37,348 nucleotides of DNA from Clostridia bacterium (GTDB lineage: Bacteria > Bacillota > Clostridia > TANB77 > CAG-508). The stretch is taken from assembly GCA_045643205.1 (NCBI GenBank), contig JAZUKI010000009.1, positions 1-37,348 on the forward strand. Direction: 5' to 3'. A model generated the notes under the pieces. The model had not been told where the DNA came from and searched no databases. It was given only the letters and a program-made list of their open reading frames with translations. Positions 37,022 through 37,348 of this stretch are shown one piece after another (the stretch's first letter is position 1; each line of letters begins with the position of its first letter). Position numbers and translations under genes: made by a program.

Positions 37022-37348
37022 TTATTCATTATCTTCTGCAGCTACTAAATCATCATTTACTATAGTTGGTGCTCCAACATATTTTCCTACTAATGTTCCT
37101 ACTGCACCTATTAATGTGTTATTTTCAACTGTTGAATTTGTAATTACTGGTGATGTTCCTACTCCTGCTCCTACTAATCCACCTAAACATGTTGGAAAAT
37201 CTCCAGAATATTCACCTTTTAATGTAATTATTGTTGAATTTTTAACACTAGCTTTATCAATAGGATTTGTTGTGCATGCTACAATACCACCGGCATGTAG
37301 ACTTGCAGATGTAATAGTTGTTTCTTCTACGCTTACTGTATCCATTGA
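37022..37348 (-). CDS. 3' end of a GLUG-motif-like beta-solenoid surface protein (partial)
   Basis: AGGIVA, LGGLVG and VGKYVG repeats with I/V.NS motifs; frame open to the window edge. Confidence 0.7.
   Translation of the reverse strand, partial: SMDTVSVEETTITSASLHAGGIVACTTNPIDKASVKNSTIITLKGEYSGDFPTCLGGLVGAGVGTSPVITNSTVENNTLIGAVGTLVGKYVGAPTIVNDDLVAAEDNE

Overview
AT-rich chromosomal segment from a Firmicute, most likely an uncultured gut Clostridia lineage (inferred from gene content and order). Every credible gene is on the minus strand. In transcription order: 3' end of a GLUG-like surface protein, sortase, GT2 cellulose-synthase-like gene plus GH5 endoglucanase, a catalytically degenerate SpoIIE homolog, WG-repeat protein, hypothetical membrane protein, acpS, tatD, a YabE-like G5 protein with a SleB-type hydrolase domain, exoA/xth, a WalR/WalK-like pair, lepB, holB, yaaT/ricT, a Nudix hydrolase, a membrane protein with a histone-H1-like tail, and a four-subunit pyruvate:ferredoxin oxidoreductase operon (porCDAB). 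Then come an accessory patch (about 11.4-14.1 kb), a SWIM-SNF2 helicase, an orphan, trmFO, the rpsL-rpsG-fusA-tuf operon and the start of a surface protein. The most unusual feature is in the accessory patch: three tandem, highly diverged paralogous small genes. Each has its own sigma-A promoter and terminator, and each has a 5' UTR complementary to its own 3' UTR in the same two-helix-plus-bulge layout, so the ORF sits inside a long-range RNA helix. No CRISPR array, intact tRNA/rRNA gene, transposase or integrase was seen.
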